Program-made: the position numbers and the translations under genes
The notes under the pieces: model-generated
Database searches by the model: none
Seen by the model: the letters and a program-made list of their open reading frames with translations, nothing else
Told to the model about the DNA's origin: nothing
In this document: piece by piece, positions 61,122 through 64,000 of the stretch
Layout: every line of letters begins with the position of its first letter
Position numbering within the stretch: position 1 is the stretch's first letter
Assembly: GCA_963767735.1 (NCBI GenBank)
Contig: CAVYES010000004.1
Location: 320,001 to 384,000, forward strand
Direction: 5' to 3'
DNA length: 64,000 bases
Origin: Candidatus Bathyarchaeota archaeon
Lineage (GTDB): Archaea > Thermoproteota > Bathyarchaeia > Bathyarchaeales > Bathycorpusculaceae

Positions 61122-62798
61122 CTAGCCTTTAGGAGGGATGTCTATTTTTTCTTTTTTGTTGTGTGGTTTTCTGCGGTCAAAAAGAATGTATCCAGCAGCG
61201 AAAGCTATCATTATTGAGGCTGCGACTCCTACAACCGTGACTGTCGGAAAAGGCGCTATGTTAAAGTACACTGTTTTTGAACCTGTGTTACCGATTTGAT
61301 CAGTTGCGTAAACGGTTAAGCGGTGCGAACCAGTAGATAACGCTGGTAAAGTAACGTTTCCGATTATGGTTACATTTTGCTCTCCATCTAAACTGTAAGC
61401 TAACCATTTGACCGTCTTATTTACTTCCAAGGTCAGTTGGATGTCTGTGGAACTATAAGTTTGGTTTAGGGGAAAACTAATAACGATGTTTGGAGCAATC
61501 GTGTCCACAGAAAAGAAAACCCTGTTAGAAACACCCATGTTGCCAAGGCTATCGTTGGCGTAGAGTATTATGTTGTAAGCTCCTTGTGATAGGTTAAACA
61601 GTTGTGTTTCCCCGTTTATGGTTACGTTTCGATGGTTATCTAAACTATAACCCATCCATTCAGTGGCTTTGTTAACAGTAAAGTTCAGGGTTACTTTATT
61701 GTAAGTTTGGTTTTGGGGCAAGTTAATCTGAATTATCGGCGGAGCGGTTCCATAACCAATGGGCGTGTACTCCTCAACCGTGTCTAGCCAGTTTTGGCCG
61801 TCAAATCCTCCAATTGCATATAAAACATCGTTTACGACAGCAACGTCTAGAAATGCACGAGCTGTAGGCATCGAAATGCCGGTACTCCAAGAGTTGCTGC
61901 TTGAATTATAAGCTTGAACAGTACTGCTATAGGAATTCACAAAATATCCACCGATAACATATAGCAGAGAAGGAGCCATCAAGCCTTCAGTGGACGCAGC
62001 AGCCCCAAAAGCAACTGCTGAAGGCAAGTTCGCTTCTAAACTCCATGTGTCAGTTTGAGGATTGTATAGTTGGTTTGAGTCAAAGAAAATGCTGCTTCCT
62101 TGTGAGTGTGAAGCCTGTGAGCCGCCAATGATGTGAATTTCGCCATCTGTCACGGTTGATGCGTAACCATAAACTGCAATCGGTATAGGCGTTCCTGTAG
62201 TCCATGTGTTGGTCGCTGGATCATAAACTTCGGTTAAGTTAGTTTCAATATAATAGGGGCTTATGCTTGAATATTCTTCGCCTCCGATTAAGTAGATTTT
62301 ACCGTTCACCACATTTGCACTTAAGTAAGCTCGGGGAGTAGGCATCGAAGCTTCTGTTCCCCAAGTATTCGTGGCAGGATTGTACACTTCGTTATTTCCG
62401 ACAAACCCGTTGTTGCCGACTGTTCCGCCTATAACATATATTTCGTTATCATAAACGGCGACGGCGCAACCGCTTCTGGCTGTTGGCATAGGCGCTTCAG
62501 TTGTCCAATCGTTTGATTCGGGGTCATACACTTCGTTAACGTTAACAGGGGCATCACCACTCATGCCTCCGATAGCGTAGATTTTTCCGTTCACAGTTGC
62601 CACACTGAGTCCACCTCGCGCTGTGGGCATAGGCGTTATTGAAGTCCACGACGATTGATCTTGGGTTGCTTGGGCTTTGGTGATGGGAAAATAGCTCGCT
62701 GGTAAAACTATTGTTACAATAATAAGCATGGCTATTAGAATTTGAATATGCTTATTTATTGATGAACCCCCACATGCCTCTTTACGTAATAAATGCAC
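61122..62798 (-). CDS. Kelch-repeat surface protein with Ig-like domains and C-terminal TM
   Basis: Six MPTAR/IYxIGG Kelch repeats, YSLD Ig domains, PFP + TM. Confidence 0.9.
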   Translation of the reverse strand: MHLLRKEACGGSSINKHIQILIAMLIIVTIVLPASYFPITKAQATQDQSSWTSITPMPTARGGLSVATVNGKIYAIGGMSGDAPVNVNEVYDPESNDWTTEAPMPTARSGCAVAVYDNEIYVIGGTVGNNGFVGNNEVYNPATNTWGTEASMPTPRAYLSANVVNGKIYLIGGEEYSSISPYYIETNLTEVYDPATNTWTTGTPIPIAVYGYASTVTDGEIHIIGGSQASHSQGSSIFFDSNQLYNPQTDTWSLEANLPSAVAFGAAASTEGLMAPSLLYVIGGYFVNSYSSTVQAYNSSSNSWSTGISMPTARAFLDVAVVNDVLYAIGGFDGQNWLDTVEEYTPIGYGTAPPIIQINLPQNQTYNKVTLNFTVNKATEWMGYSLDNHRNVTINGETQLFNLSQGAYNIILYANDSLGNMGVSNRVFFSVDTIAPNIVISFPLNQTYSSTDIQLTLEVNKTVKWLAYSLDGEQNVTIIGNVTLPALSTGSHRLTVYATDQIGNTGSKTVYFNIAPFPTVTVVGVAASIMIAFAAGYILFDRRKPHNKKEKIDIPPKG

Positions 62799-63023
62799 TT
62801 TACCTTTATATTGTTTAAAGAAATCAACGAAAAAAACAATCTGACATTTGAAAACTTAAGCAAGTCCATTTACTTGAAGTATTCAGATATGATTTACTTC
62901 TTTTCTCTCCCTACTTTATCATCCCAAGTTTTATATCGCTGAGACCTCATGAAGTTGGTTAAAATAAAAGAAGGTTCAAATTTAAACGGGGAATAAACTA
63001 TTCAATTAAGAAAACTTCTGGCG

Positions 63024-63467
63024 TTGGTTCTGATAATATTTATTGTTGCTGGAAGTATAGGCGCTGTTCTGATTTTAAGCAAAAAACCTCCTTCTTCTTC
63101 TTCGTCTCCAATGGCTCATACGATTCAGATAGTGAATGGAACAGTCACGGTAAATGCCAGTGGCTACGTCGATTACGTCTTCTCTATTCCTCCGGGTTCC
63201 TCAAGCATTCATGTTTCAGGAAACTTTACGGTACAAGGCAACGGAGGCAGCGGCATCATTGTTTACATTTTTGACAGCACCAACTTTGACGATTATGAAA
63301 CAGGAGCTTACTTCGGCGCACTCTACCAAAGCTCACAAACTACAACAGCTCCAATTGATTCCAACCTTGACTCAAACGGAACCTACTACCTTGTACTGGA
63401 CAACACGTTATCGACAATCGCTCAAACCGTGAATATACAAGCGAGTGTTGCCTACTTTACGTCATGA
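63024..63467 (+). CDS. Membrane-anchored beta-sandwich (GOLD-like) protein
   Basis: TM, then GTYYLVLDNT motif. Confidence 0.65.
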   Translation: MVLIIFIVAGSIGAVLILSKKPPSSSSSPMAHTIQIVNGTVTVNASGYVDYVFSIPPGSSSIHVSGNFTVQGNGGSGIIVYIFDSTNFDDYETGAYFGALYQSSQTTTAPIDSNLDSNGTYYLVLDNTLSTIAQTVNIQASVAYFTS

Positions 63468-63614
63468 GGAAAAGGACCTATCAGATCTTTGATCTAAAAA
63501 AATGAGAATATCCCGAGTTTCTTTTTATTCTGCGAAACATATTAGGGGCTAGAATAGCTCTATTAAAATCGAATGAGTGTTATCAATTATGTTTCATACA
63601 GTAGGTAATTGCCC

Positions 63615-64000
63615 ATGATAACGGTTATTGGCGCTGGCAAAGTAGGAAGCGCGGCTGCCTTCGACATTCTGCGCTACAAAATAAGCGACGTAGTCTTGAT
63701 TGACGCTAACGAAAACCAGGCGAAAGGTGAAGCCCTAGACATGATGCAGGCTGCACCAGCAATCGAATTTGACGGTAAAATCCATGGAACCAGCAACTAT
63801 GCGGAAATGCAGGGGTCAGAGCTTGTGATTGTGACAGCTGGGTTTGGCAGAAGGCCAGATATGACTCGCAGCGATCTTACGATTGCTAATGCACAAATCA
63901 TTCGATCAATCCTAAAAGAGGTCGTTAAGTATGCTTCTGACTGCAAGCTTATGATTGTTACAAACCCCGTTGACGTGATGACTTATGTTGCCTTCAAAGA
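63615..64000 (+). CDS. mdh: LDH-like malate dehydrogenase (5' part, runs off the window)
   Basis: ITVIGAGKVG, KGEALD, VTAGFGRRPDMTRSDL (Arg at the specificity position), VTNPVD. Confidence 0.9.
   Translation, partial: MITVIGAGKVGSAAAFDILRYKISDVVLIDANENQAKGEALDMMQAAPAIEFDGKIHGTSNYAEMQGSELVIVTAGFGRRPDMTRSDLTIANAQIIRSILKEVVKYASDCKLMIVTNPVDVMTYVAFK

Overview
Archaeal chromosomal DNA, most likely Bathyarchaeia. This is an inference from the PEF-CTERM-type 'VPEFP' surface proteins, DUF763, the multi-intron tRNA and the archaeal wHTH regulators. (i) 1-22.3 kb is an accessory island of secreted or membrane-anchored proteins. It holds paralog pairs, a shuffled C-terminal module, a ~1.1-kb inverted duplication bracketing ~16 kb, a recurrent intergenic TARCCGTT motif and membrane-coupled HTH regulator modules. 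(ii) DUF763 is followed by tRNA-Trp(CCA) with two introns, one carrying box C/D guide elements. (iii) An ABC exporter with a divergent membrane protein/wHTH pair precedes a cluster of three CPA1 antiporters and a CLC-CBS channel. (iv) A redox/hydrolase cassette is bracketed by tRNA-3'-end-like direct repeats. (v) A complete 3.2-kb IS6-family transposon has 24-bp TIRs, an 8-bp TSD and five passenger ORFs. (vi) ABC, DedA, DUF362 and GNAT genes follow. (vii) A three-gene operon encodes a divergent SelO-like nucleotidyltransferase/kinase-fold protein, a coiled-coil/helical-repeat protein with a Gly/His tail, and a surface receptor-like protein with a cytoplasmic zinc ribbon. (viii) More surface proteins and the 5' part of mdh end the window. 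The best candidates for undescribed systems are the SelO-like operon, the cargo-carrying IS6 element and the HTH + 'RIRGWLP' membrane protein + zinc micro-protein module. Several single-base frameshifts may be assembly errors. All homology calls were made by eye, without database searches.
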